From an uncultured Planctomycetaceae bacterium (lineage in GTDB: Bacteria; Planctomycetota; Planctomycetia; Planctomycetales; Planctomycetaceae), in assembly GCA_963976765.1 (NCBI GenBank), contig CAXBME010000009.1, positions 62,001 through 126,000 on the forward strand: a stretch of 64,000 nt of DNA. Reading direction: 5' to 3'. Position numbers and translations under genes: made by a program. The stretch's first letter is position 1; each line of letters starts with the position of its first letter. Below are positions 10,097-19,357 of the stretch, piece after piece. The notes beneath the pieces were generated by a model, which worked only from the letters and a program-made list of their open reading frames with translations, was not told the origin of the DNA and did not search any database.

Positions 10097-11008
10097 CTAC
10101 GCGGTCAGAACAAGTCGATAGAGCTGGTTCTGGATCCACTCATTCGATTGCCTTGGCTCCAGACCGGTTACACGACGTTGCAGCTCCTGACAGACTTCCG
10201 CATCATCGTCACAGGTCGGCTCCGGCAGTCGCTCGTAAATCTCTCTGGCTTCGTCGAGCTTCTGTTCCTTTTCCAGAATGTGCGTCAGCAGGACATTTTT
10301 CGTTTTGTCGAAGCGGCTGTATGTAAGTTGTTCGGCCAGTTCGCGGGCGGATTCCAACTCTCCCTCAGCGACCATCATCTGCGCCAGCGTCGCTCGAAAA
10401 TAATCACGTTGTTCCGACTCGGGGCAGTTCACAGCTCCGTTACTCAGGATTGATCTGGCCGCGTCCCTGCGCTTTGTTCGCAAATAGACGACGGCACGAA
10501 TGTGCTGAGCGATCCAGTCTGCGCCTCGCCCTTGTTCTGCCAGATCCAGTTCGGCAAGAGCGGCCTCCCATCGCTGCATCAATACAAGCAGGCTGGCCCG
10601 TCCGCAAATCGCAACCACGTTCTCAGGATGCTGACGGCGGACCGCGTCGTAAGCCGACAGCGCTTCGCCCAGCTGGCCCTGAGCCTTCAGCACCTCCGCA
10701 CGTCCGTTCTGAGCAACCACGTCGCCACCAAATTCCAACGCAGAGTCATACGCCTCGAGGGCATTCGAAAGTTCACCAACGTTGAGCAGCGATTTTCCGT
10801 GTTGAGTCCATGACCAGGCATCATCCGGCTTCAGGCGAACGGCTCGTGCTGTCAGCATTTCCTGAACTGTGAATAAGCTCTGTCGCTGCGCGACGATTGC
10901 CAGGTCACAAAGTGACATGCAGCAGAAGCCCGGATCCCCCGTTTGTGTCTGAAAATTGATCAGTTCGTCTACTTTGCTGCTGACACCACGAGAGTCACCA
11001 GTCTGCAT
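10097..11008 (-). CDS. Tetratricopeptide-repeat protein (3' half of a gene split by an in-frame TGA)
   Basis: Tandem TPRs (AQNGRAEVLKAQGQLGEALSAYD; AICGRASLLVLMQRWEAAL). The frame stays open up to the TGA at 11081-11083. Confidence 0.75.
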   Translation of the reverse strand: MQTGDSRGVSSKVDELINFQTQTGDPGFCCMSLCDLAIVAQRQSLFTVQEMLTARAVRLKPDDAWSWTQHGKSLLNVGELSNALEAYDSALEFGGDVVAQNGRAEVLKAQGQLGEALSAYDAVRRQHPENVVAICGRASLLVLMQRWEAALAELDLAEQGRGADWIAQHIRAVVYLRTKRRDAARSILSNGAVNCPESEQRDYFRATLAQMMVAEGELESARELAEQLTYSRFDKTKNVLLTHILEKEQKLDEAREIYERLPEPTCDDDAEVCQELQRRVTGLEPRQSNEWIQNQLYRLVLTA

Positions 11009-11080
11009 TACCTCAATGACTTCGCGCTTGATTTCAGCGACTCGGCTCTGAACCTGCGAGAGTGAAAGCAGTATCCTGCC

Positions 11081-11863
11081 TCAGCGTCTGGAACCGGCGT
11101 CGACAAACTCCTTTTCCTGCGGCTCGGCACTCTGATCTTCGTGAGTTGTCGCGCTGCTGATTTTTCGAAACGGTTCCGTCCAGTCGTTCAGGATTCCGAT
11201 GATGCCGGGCACGGCTCGTTTCAGTGACGCTTCACCGGCGTACTTGAACTGGACCTCGTTGAAGCCGCCGGGTTCCAGACAGTGATGAGCCATTTCGCGA
11301 AAGACGCCGTGGCGAATCGACTGGCCCTGGATTCTGTTTCGATCTTCGGCCTCACCAAAACGGTGTTCGGGAATCTGCCGCCAGGCCAGACAGGATTCGG
11401 TAACGGCTGCCTGCAGATCGAGCCAGCTATCCAGCAGCGCCAGCGTTCCCTGCCAATTCGTGCGTCGGCAGGCGGCGATGGCTCCGGCTGAGTCAATCTG
11501 TTCGGGCAGCGGACTGGCCAGCAGCACGTTTTCGACACGTTCAACCACGGCCTCTTCGACAGCCAGTTCGTCAAGTTCGAATGCTGACGCATCGCGGGTT
11601 TCATCTGACAGGCGACCATCCAGCAGGTGAAAGACCAGACTTAACGCTTCGCTGGAGTCGACGGCGTCTTCCAGTTGATTCCGAACTTCGTCGAGCGAAG
11701 TGTCTTCCAGCCAGACGAGATCGTTGGACTGCTGACACAAACGTACAAAGTCCTCTTCCCGCTGTGGCAGCAGGGTCTCCAGATCTTCGTAGCGGATTGA
11801 GTGCCAGTCTTCGCCGTCATTGACCAGGGCGACAGCAGCACTTCCTGAAAGAAAAGCTCGCAT
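11081..11863 (-). CDS. Hypothetical protein (5' half of the split TPR gene)
   Basis: Protein-like acidic helical ORF from MRAFLSG. Same frame as the downstream TPR ORF, separated only by one TGA. Confidence 0.6.
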   Translation of the reverse strand: MRAFLSGSAAVALVNDGEDWHSIRYEDLETLLPQREEDFVRLCQQSNDLVWLEDTSLDEVRNQLEDAVDSSEALSLVFHLLDGRLSDETRDASAFELDELAVEEAVVERVENVLLASPLPEQIDSAGAIAACRRTNWQGTLALLDSWLDLQAAVTESCLAWRQIPEHRFGEAEDRNRIQGQSIRHGVFREMAHHCLEPGGFNEVQFKYAGEASLKRAVPGIIGILNDWTEPFRKISSATTHEDQSAEPQEKEFVDAGSRR

Positions 11864-12114
11864 CAGACGATTTCGCAGGGAACGTTGTCTTTCTGCGTCG
11901 CGCTGTACGGCTAAATTCCCAACGCACCAGCCATCAACAAAAACGGCGTCGATGCGGCAAACCATGCAGCGTACGAGTGTACCGAAGTGGCAGAAGCAAA
12001 TGCAGTCCTCGACGATCCGATTGGACATTCGAACTGGAACCGCTGATTTGACCTCCTGGCATCAGAGCGAAACACTGAGCCGCAGTTATCATCTAAAACC
12101 GACGGAGTCGCTCG

Positions 12115-15100
12115 ATGCTGATTCGAAACTGTGGCGTTACGCTGTTTGTTACCTGGTACATTCTCAATCTGCTGAGTGCCGTGTCACTCGCTCAGGAGAT
12201 TCTGCCGGACGGTTCCAAGGCAGCAGAACTTGCAATCTCTGGATTCAGAATTCCGAACGGCATGAAGATGGAAGTCTTCGCCGCAGAACCACAGGTTGCC
12301 AGCCCGGTTGCCATTTGCATCGACGAAAAGGGCCGAGTCTACGCCGCCGAAGAATACCGCTTTAACCGAGGCACTCCTGAAAACCGCACACAGGATTTCT
12401 TTCTGGAAGACGACCTGCAGATCGATTCGCTCGAAGACCGACTGGCTCTCTACAAAAAGTTCGAAGACCGCTTCGAAGGCGGCCTGGACTGGTTCACAAA
12501 GGTCAGCGATCAGGTACGAATTCTGGAAGACCGTGACGGCGATGGCAAAGCTGACTTCTCGAAGATCTTTGCCGGCGGATTCAACGAACCGCTCGACGGA
12601 CTGGCGGCCGGACTCATCGCACGAGACGGCGACGTTTACCTGACGAATATCCCGAATCTCTGGCTGCTGCGGGACACGGACGGCGACGGCGAGGCCGACG
12701 TTCGAAAGTCACTGCACCGAGGCTTCGGGGTGAACTGCGGATTCCTCGGGCATGACCTGCATGGCCTTGTCTGGGGACCCGATGGCCGTTTGTATTTTTC
12801 GGTTGGTGACCGCGGCTTCAATTTAAAGACTCCGGAAGGTCGGCATCTTTACGGACCCCGACGCGGTGCCGTCTTCCGTTGCGAAGCAGACGGTTCCGAT
12901 CTCCAGGTCGTGCATGTTGGACTGCGAAACCCTCAGGAGCTGGCGTTTGATGAATTCGGCAACCTCTTCGCCGCCGACAACAACTGCGATAAGGGAGATC
13001 TTTCGCGATTGGTTTACGTCGTCGAAGGAGGAGACTCCGGCTGGAACATGGCTTACCAGACGATTCCCGAGCCTTATCAAACCGGCCCGTGGCACGCCGA
13101 GAAAATGTGGCACGTCAATGCTCCCGATCAACCGGCGTGGTTGATTCCGCCGGTTGGTGCCCTGGGAGCCGGCCCGTCCGGCTTTTCGTACTACCCCGGT
13201 ACCGGTTTGAGCGACCGATATCGAGGCCACTTTTTTCTCTGCAACTACACCGGCAACGGAGGCATCGAGTCTTTCGCGGTCGAGCCAGAAGGTGCGGCAT
13301 TCCAGATTGTCGATGAGCACGATTTTCTGAAACCGATCAAAGCCACCGACGTCGACTTCGGCTACGACGGAAAGATGTACGTCGCCGATTTCGTCAACCT
13401 CGAATGGAGCGGCAGAAGTCTCGGCGGAAGAATTTACACGCTGTTTGATCCTGCTCGTGTCGCCAGTCCCGAAGCCGCCGAGGTCCGCACGCGATTCGCG
13501 AAGGGATTCAAAGATCTGACTGAAAGCGAACTGGCAACAGGTCTTAAACATCCTGACATGCGAATTCGTCAGCGTTGCCAGTTTGAGCTGGCCAGTCGAG
13601 AGTCAGACGCCGCCGTCAGCGCGACATTACAGTCGGCAGCCACGGCTCGAAAAACAAACGGCAACGCTCGACTTGAACAGCTCGGACGTCTGCACGCAAT
13701 CTGGGCAATCGGCCAAAGGCTCCGTCGCGGACAGAACAGGCAGCTTCTGCCGTTGCTCCGCAAGCTTCTCAGCAACGATCCGGATCCGGAAGTTCGATCG
13801 CAGTGTGCAAAGATTCTGGGCGAGATTCGTGATTCTGCTGCCGTACCGTTGCTGGCCGGACTGCTGAACGATGATTCGGCACGCCTGCGTTTCTTTGCGG
13901 CGGAAGCTCTCGGCAGGATCGGTGACACAACGGCAGTTGATCCTCTGTTTGAAATGCTGGCGACGAACGCTGACTCCGATTTGTACGTCAGGCATGCTGG
14001 TGTCGTCGCTCTGGCTTCCATTGCAGACGTCCAGTCTCTTCTGAACCGAGTGAATGTAAAGTCGGATGCCGTGCGTCTTGCCGCTTTACTGGCGCTTCGC
14101 CGGGCAGCTCCGGAAAATGTTTCACAGTTCCTGCTTGATCCGGATCTGAGAATCGTCACGGAAGCCGCGCGCGCCATCAACGACCTGCATCTCGACGAAC
14201 AAACTTCGGCTCTCGCCAACTTTGCCGACAGAATTACTGGAGCCGAAGAGCCACTTCCCGACGCTCTGGTCCGGCGAGTGATCAATGCAAACTTCCGACT
14301 CGGCGACGCATCAAATGCCGCAGCTGTCGTCAAAATTGCAACGAATGACAGAATGAACTCCGTCATACAGGCCGAAGCTGTCTCGTGCCTCGCTGACTGG
14401 AATTCTCCCGGCAAGCGTGACCGAGTCACCGGCTTCTGGCGACCAGTTGCCGCTCGGCCTGCGGCCTTCATTCGAGGAGTAATCGAGACGTCAGCCGCTC
14501 AACTATTGAGTTCTGCGAATGGAACGTTGCTCCCGTCGGTGCTCGCCCTGGTTGGCAAGTACAACATCCAGGTCAACGATGATGATCTCGCCGAATGGGC
14601 CGTTGATGAGGGGCGGTCGACGGAAACTCGCGCGGCAGTGCTGCAACTTCTGGCTTCACGAAAGGCCACACAAACGCCATCGCTGATTCAGGGCTTCCTG
14701 TCTTCAAAAGACGCCGGACTTCGAACCGTCGCCAGGCAGGTGCTCGCGATCGATGATCCCCAGGCAGCCGTCGCCTCCGTCGAGCAGTTAAGGAACACCA
14801 CAGCCGGGACGACGCCCGAACTTCAAGACGGCATCCGACTCCTGAGCGAATCTGCCCGCTCGGATGCGGACCGCCTGATCGCCGCTGCTCTTGAGCAACT
14901 GATCAATGGAAACAATGTCTCCGCAGTGAAGTGGCCTCACATCAACAAGCTGGAACTGGACATTGTCGAGGCGGGTACAAAACGGAACAGCGGACGCATC
15001 GCGGAATTGCTCGCTCAGTACCGGCAGACCTTGGAAGCAGCATCGCAGAGCGACCCACTCGCGAAATTCAGACCTGCAATGTCTGGAGGCAGCGCCGAAA

Positions 15101-15507
15101 ACGGTCGGTCTATCTTTGCCGGGCATCGCAAAGCTCAGTGTCTGCGATGTCACAAAGTCAATGGCCGCGGCGGCGATGCCGGGCCGGACTTATCGAAAGT
15201 TGCCGAGCGGTCCAAAGGTGATCGCGAGTTCCTGCTGGAGTCGTTGATCAACCCGCACGCCAAACTGGCGAAAGGCTACGGCACGGTCACCGTCGTACTC
15301 GAAGATGGAAAAGTCTTCACCGGAACCGTCGCTTCCGAAACAGAGGCGACTCTGGTTCTTCGCAACTCCGAAGGAAAGTTGCGAGACATCCAGGTTTCTG
15401 ACATCGAGCAACGCGTTAAACCGCAATCTCCCATGCCGCCGGTTGGTGACGTGCTGACTCTCCGAGAGTTACGGGACATCATCGAGTACCTTTCCACCTT
15501 GAGGTAA
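12115..15507 (+). CDS. PVC-type membrane-bound dehydrogenase-like protein with HEAT repeats and cytochrome c
   Basis: Signal peptide, VFAAEPQVASPVAI and GLRNPQELAFD propeller motifs, HEAT repeats, and C-terminal CLRCH...GPDLS. Confidence 0.87.
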   Translation: MLIRNCGVTLFVTWYILNLLSAVSLAQEILPDGSKAAELAISGFRIPNGMKMEVFAAEPQVASPVAICIDEKGRVYAAEEYRFNRGTPENRTQDFFLEDDLQIDSLEDRLALYKKFEDRFEGGLDWFTKVSDQVRILEDRDGDGKADFSKIFAGGFNEPLDGLAAGLIARDGDVYLTNIPNLWLLRDTDGDGEADVRKSLHRGFGVNCGFLGHDLHGLVWGPDGRLYFSVGDRGFNLKTPEGRHLYGPRRGAVFRCEADGSDLQVVHVGLRNPQELAFDEFGNLFAADNNCDKGDLSRLVYVVEGGDSGWNMAYQTIPEPYQTGPWHAEKMWHVNAPDQPAWLIPPVGALGAGPSGFSYYPGTGLSDRYRGHFFLCNYTGNGGIESFAVEPEGAAFQIVDEHDFLKPIKATDVDFGYDGKMYVADFVNLEWSGRSLGGRIYTLFDPARVASPEAAEVRTRFAKGFKDLTESELATGLKHPDMRIRQRCQFELASRESDAAVSATLQSAATARKTNGNARLEQLGRLHAIWAIGQRLRRGQNRQLLPLLRKLLSNDPDPEVRSQCAKILGEIRDSAAVPLLAGLLNDDSARLRFFAAEALGRIGDTTAVDPLFEMLATNADSDLYVRHAGVVALASIADVQSLLNRVNVKSDAVRLAALLALRRAAPENVSQFLLDPDLRIVTEAARAINDLHLDEQTSALANFADRITGAEEPLPDALVRRVINANFRLGDASNAAAVVKIATNDRMNSVIQAEAVSCLADWNSPGKRDRVTGFWRPVAARPAAFIRGVIETSAAQLLSSANGTLLPSVLALVGKYNIQVNDDDLAEWAVDEGRSTETRAAVLQLLASRKATQTPSLIQGFLSSKDAGLRTVARQVLAIDDPQAAVASVEQLRNTTAGTTPELQDGIRLLSESARSDADRLIAAALEQLINGNNVSAVKWPHINKLELDIVEAGTKRNSGRIAELLAQYRQTLEAASQSDPLAKFRPAMSGGSAENGRSIFAGHRKAQCLRCHKVNGRGGDAGPDLSKVAERSKGDREFLLESLINPHAKLAKGYGTVTVVLEDGKVFTGTVASETEATLVLRNSEGKLRDIQVSDIEQRVKPQSPMPPVGDVLTLRELRDIIEYLSTLR

Positions 15508-15546
15508 TTGCGTTGCAAAGACCGTCTCTGCCCGTTCGATCGGTTT

Positions 15547-16464
15547 TCAGCAGCGAAGCCAGCCGGTGCCTTCGTGGCCGAAGTTAATAGCTGGGCCGTG
15601 AAAAAGTTCGGCGAAGATTTCAGCGGAGTCGACAACCCGAGGGCCAGGGCGATTGAAGTATTGGTGCCCGTCGGTCAGGAAGACGTTTCTTTTTTTAACT
15701 GCTTTCAGGTCGGCCCACTTTGGGTGACCGGTCAACAGATGCAGCTCCTGTTTCGTGCGCTCGATGCCAAACCCGCACGGCATGATCACAATGAAGTCGG
15801 GGTCGGCTTTCGTAAGGTCGTCCCAGGTTATCCAGGGCGAGTGTTTTCCGGCCTCGCTGAGCAAAGACGTTCCGCCCGCCAGTTCGACAAGTTCGGGAAT
15901 CCAGTTGCCGGCGGGCATCAACGGCTCAAGCCACTCGATACAGACCACGGTTGGTCGGTCGGTCGACTCTGGCTGTTTCGTCGCGAGGTTCTCCAGTCGT
16001 TTCTCAAGTGACTCGACAAGTCGCCGGCCAGCGTCCGAGTCGTCCAGAGCGTCCGCTACCGATTGAATATCCAACCAGATGTCTGACAAAGCCATCGGTT
16101 CCAGCGAGACGATTTCCGGCTGCGATCCAATCATGTCGCAGACTGCGGCCTGAACGTCTTCCAGGTTGACCGCGCACACGTCGCATTGCGACTGTGTAAT
16201 GACGAGCGTCGGTTTCAACCGCTCCAGCTCGTCTCGGAACACCGTGTAAATGGACAGAGCATCGCGTAACGAAGCTTTGACCTGTTGATCAATCTCATTA
16301 CTACTGCCGGAAACGTCGATGCGCGGTTCCGAGCAAACCGGCAACTGTTCAACCCCCGGTGGGAAGTCACACTCGTGAGACCGACCCACCAGCGACTCTT
16401 CATAGCCAAGTGCCGCGACGATTTCCGTGGCGCTGGCAATCAGCGAGACGATGCGATGTTCCAT
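15547..16464 (-). CDS. Cobalamin/Fe-siderophore-type substrate-binding protein (BtuF-like), no signal peptide
   Basis: Motifs RIVSLIASATEIV, GRSHECDFP, EWLEPLMPAGNW and YFNRPGPRV. Confidence 0.82.
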   Translation of the reverse strand: MEHRIVSLIASATEIVAALGYEESLVGRSHECDFPPGVEQLPVCSEPRIDVSGSSNEIDQQVKASLRDALSIYTVFRDELERLKPTLVITQSQCDVCAVNLEDVQAAVCDMIGSQPEIVSLEPMALSDIWLDIQSVADALDDSDAGRRLVESLEKRLENLATKQPESTDRPTVVCIEWLEPLMPAGNWIPELVELAGGTSLLSEAGKHSPWITWDDLTKADPDFIVIMPCGFGIERTKQELHLLTGHPKWADLKAVKKRNVFLTDGHQYFNRPGPRVVDSAEIFAELFHGPAINFGHEGTGWLRC

Positions 16465-16556
16465 GAATTAATTACTACCGCCCAGGATGATGATTTGAAC
16501 GCGGAGGTTGCTGAAAAACGTAAAGAAACAACGCGACAAAGTCGCAGTCATTTTTA

Positions 16557-16638
16557 AACAACGGATAATCATGGATTAACGCGGATTGTTATGAATGCTT
16601 CAGGAGACCATCCGATTTTTCCCGTGCAATCCGTGGTT
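16557..16638. repeat. Degenerate palindromic element built of CACGGAT/ATCCGTG-like units
   Basis: Left arm aacaacggat..atggat..gcggat faces right arm atccga..cccgtgcaatccgtggtt as an imperfect inverted repeat. Confidence 0.5.
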
Positions 16639-16829
16639 CTTCAATCTGGTCGTTTGTCAGAAAACAGGATGTTGCAGATGCACAACGTCGACAGATTAGC
16701 AGGCCATCAAAATCGTGTGCCACTGGCTTTGCCATTGCATCAGGCGTCCTTGCATCGCTGGGCAGCTTTCTGGAGACTCGCCAGCCTGCAACTTTCATCC
16801 TCCTGATACGAACTCCTTGAGAACGCCTC

Positions 16830-19241
16830 ATGATTCAAGTACGTCCGCTGATCACATTGGCCATCTGCGCAAGCTTCGTGTTCTCGGTCAAAGCTGCCGA
16901 CAGTGGCAACCTTGAGAGTGTCATCCGCGAAATCGAATTCGCGAAACCGGACGGGCATTCGCTGAAGCTCGATCTGTACCTGCCTGCAGATCGTTCGGAG
17001 CCAGTCCCGGTCGTGGTGTTTGTTCACGGCGGCGGCTGGAAGAACGGCAGTCGTGAGTCTGGCGAGAAGACGGCGGCATGGTTGACCGAACACGGCATCG
17101 CAGTTGCGTCGATCGATTACCGTTTGATTGACGTCGCACAGTGGCCCGCTCAGATCAACGATTGTTACGCGGCCGTTCGATGGGTGAGAGATCATGCGGA
17201 CAAGTACGGCCTGGACGGCGACCACATCGGAGCGTGGGGAACGTCGGCAGGCGGACATCTGGTCGCGCTGATGGGAACTCGAGCGTTTCCCGGCAAAGAA
17301 GCAACGTCCAGCCGGGTGCAGGCTGTCTGTGACTGGTTCGGCCCATCCGAGCTGATGACGATGCCGCCAAACAACGTCGGTAACGGCCGGACCGCCGAAG
17401 ATGTGGCGAAGTCAAACGGTGCGAAACTGCTGGGCGCGACCGTTCGCGACGTTCCGAAACTCGCCGCCGATGCCAGCGGCATTGACCATGTAACTTCCGA
17501 CGATCCACCGTTTCTGATCATGCACGGCGACAAGGATCCCGGAGTACCGCTCGAACAAAGTCAGAAGCTGCACGCTCGGTTGGTGAATGCCGGAGTCAGT
17601 TCGCGGCTGCACGTTGTGGAAGGCGCCGGACACGGCGGGAAGCAGTTTTCAACGGACGAGTCTCGATCCATCGTCGCCCACTTCTTCAAGCGGACTCTCA
17701 AACCTGCATGGACTCAGGGGCCCGGCCCTAACTCCGGCTTTGCAGTTCGCGATGCCAAACCGCCGACAACCTGGAGTGTTGTTCGAAAAGAAAACGTACT
17801 CTGGCAAAAAACACTTCCGGAGACAGGGCAAAGCACGGTTGTCACCAGCGGCGATCGAGTTTTCTTCACGACGCTGAAGGAAGTCAACGAGGACTCATCT
17901 CTCGGCAGCGACATCATCGCCTGGTGCTGCAACGCGGCGACGGGCGAGACAATCTGGACTCGCGAGATTCCCGCGAAGCATCCGCTGAGACTTTCCGGCT
18001 GCTTCAGCGACAGCTCGTCGCCTCCACCAGTGACGGATGGTGAACGCGTCTGCTTCTTCAATGCCTCGGGTCGGATTTCGTGTTTCGATTTTAGAGGGAA
18101 CGAATTGTGGACTCGCGAAGTCATGCCGGTCGGTCGAACAAACGCGTTTCAGATCGACGGGCAGGTCGCCTTCATCCGGCAAACCTATCTGCCGGATGAT
18201 CAGGGAAATTTCACGCACGAGCACAAGAACGCGCCGCTCGATCAATGGACGCAGCTCGAAGCCTTCAGCCTGAAGACTGGCGAGCCGAAATGGGAAACGA
18301 AATGCGGTTCCAACATGGGCTGTATTCCGCTGCTGCAAACGCTCAGCGATGGCCGACGAGTCATCGTCATCGGACGAGGCGGCGGACACTCGCCTCCGGA
18401 GACGCCGGAAGGCATTTCGCTCGTCAACGCCGCAGACGGCAGCACAATCTGGACGCTTCCGCTGCCCGGTTTCATGAGCACCATGACGTTGAACGTTCTG
18501 CGTGACGAAGTTCTGGTGTTTCACGGCGGCGAGCATTTGTGGGTCGATGCGATGACCGGTGAGATCGCTCGCCGCGTTTCAATCATCGAGAACGTTCCCG
18601 TGCGGGTTCGATCGGACGACTCGTGGACGACGGAAGCTCGGTCGTTGACGGCGAACAAGAGCAAACGCGAGATCATCCAGCAGTCAAACATGCTGGCCGG
18701 CTCGTACCACTACTTCCGCAGTTACACGCAGCCGTGGCTGGGCCGAGTTCAGACACAAACCGGCAAGGTCGAATATCTGCAATTGCCCGTTCAATCGAAA
18801 CCCGGCCCGACGCGAGCCGAAGATCAGTTGCTGTGGTCGCCGGATGACCTCTCCGCCGAGCAACTTGCCAAATTGACGAAGGGCGATAATCAGAAGAGAG
18901 CCAAGAAAGCACTGTCTATCACGAAGTGGGCGTTCGCGCTGAACGACATGAAAAATTCGCGAGGTCACGTGGTCATGGGCGATGCTCGCTCGATGGGCAA
19001 CGGTTGGGGACACCAGGCATCGGCCATTCCAACGGCGATCGGCGACTACCTTTTCGTGCCAGTCATGAGCGGCAACGTCTACGTCCTGCGTCACGCTGCA
19101 GAAACGCTTGACGAGAACGCGCTGATCTCGATCAACGACCTCGGCCCCATTGGTCAATCGTGGACACGAGCCAGCATCAGCTACTCGAACGGAAAACTCT
19201 ACGCCCACACCATCAGCAAACTGATCTGCATCGGCGAATGA
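16830..19241 (+). CDS. Secreted alpha/beta-hydrolase (esterase, BD-FAE-like) fused to a PQQ/BamB-like beta-propeller
   Basis: HGGGW, GTSAGG nucleophile, HGDKD and GAGHG triad motifs, then WSVVRKENVLWQKTLP and propeller blades. Confidence 0.82.
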   Translation: MIQVRPLITLAICASFVFSVKAADSGNLESVIREIEFAKPDGHSLKLDLYLPADRSEPVPVVVFVHGGGWKNGSRESGEKTAAWLTEHGIAVASIDYRLIDVAQWPAQINDCYAAVRWVRDHADKYGLDGDHIGAWGTSAGGHLVALMGTRAFPGKEATSSRVQAVCDWFGPSELMTMPPNNVGNGRTAEDVAKSNGAKLLGATVRDVPKLAADASGIDHVTSDDPPFLIMHGDKDPGVPLEQSQKLHARLVNAGVSSRLHVVEGAGHGGKQFSTDESRSIVAHFFKRTLKPAWTQGPGPNSGFAVRDAKPPTTWSVVRKENVLWQKTLPETGQSTVVTSGDRVFFTTLKEVNEDSSLGSDIIAWCCNAATGETIWTREIPAKHPLRLSGCFSDSSSPPPVTDGERVCFFNASGRISCFDFRGNELWTREVMPVGRTNAFQIDGQVAFIRQTYLPDDQGNFTHEHKNAPLDQWTQLEAFSLKTGEPKWETKCGSNMGCIPLLQTLSDGRRVIVIGRGGGHSPPETPEGISLVNAADGSTIWTLPLPGFMSTMTLNVLRDEVLVFHGGEHLWVDAMTGEIARRVSIIENVPVRVRSDDSWTTEARSLTANKSKREIIQQSNMLAGSYHYFRSYTQPWLGRVQTQTGKVEYLQLPVQSKPGPTRAEDQLLWSPDDLSAEQLAKLTKGDNQKRAKKALSITKWAFALNDMKNSRGHVVMGDARSMGNGWGHQASAIPTAIGDYLFVPVMSGNVYVLRHAAETLDENALISINDLGPIGQSWTRASISYSNGKLYAHTISKLICIGE

Positions 19242-19357
19242 AACTCCCGAGCGACACCTTTGACAGTTTTCACAAGGTCTGAGGATTCTCCGCGTGAGCT
19301 TGAGAAGCCGACCAGCGGCTTGATTGCTGGCTGTTTGGGAATCGGTAATCTCCGCGC

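Noticed and set aside
11040..11083. Selenocysteine recoding of the in-frame TGA
   Set aside because: The TGA sits in an Arg-rich linker rather than a redox motif, and there is no convincing bacterial SECIS stem at the expected distance.
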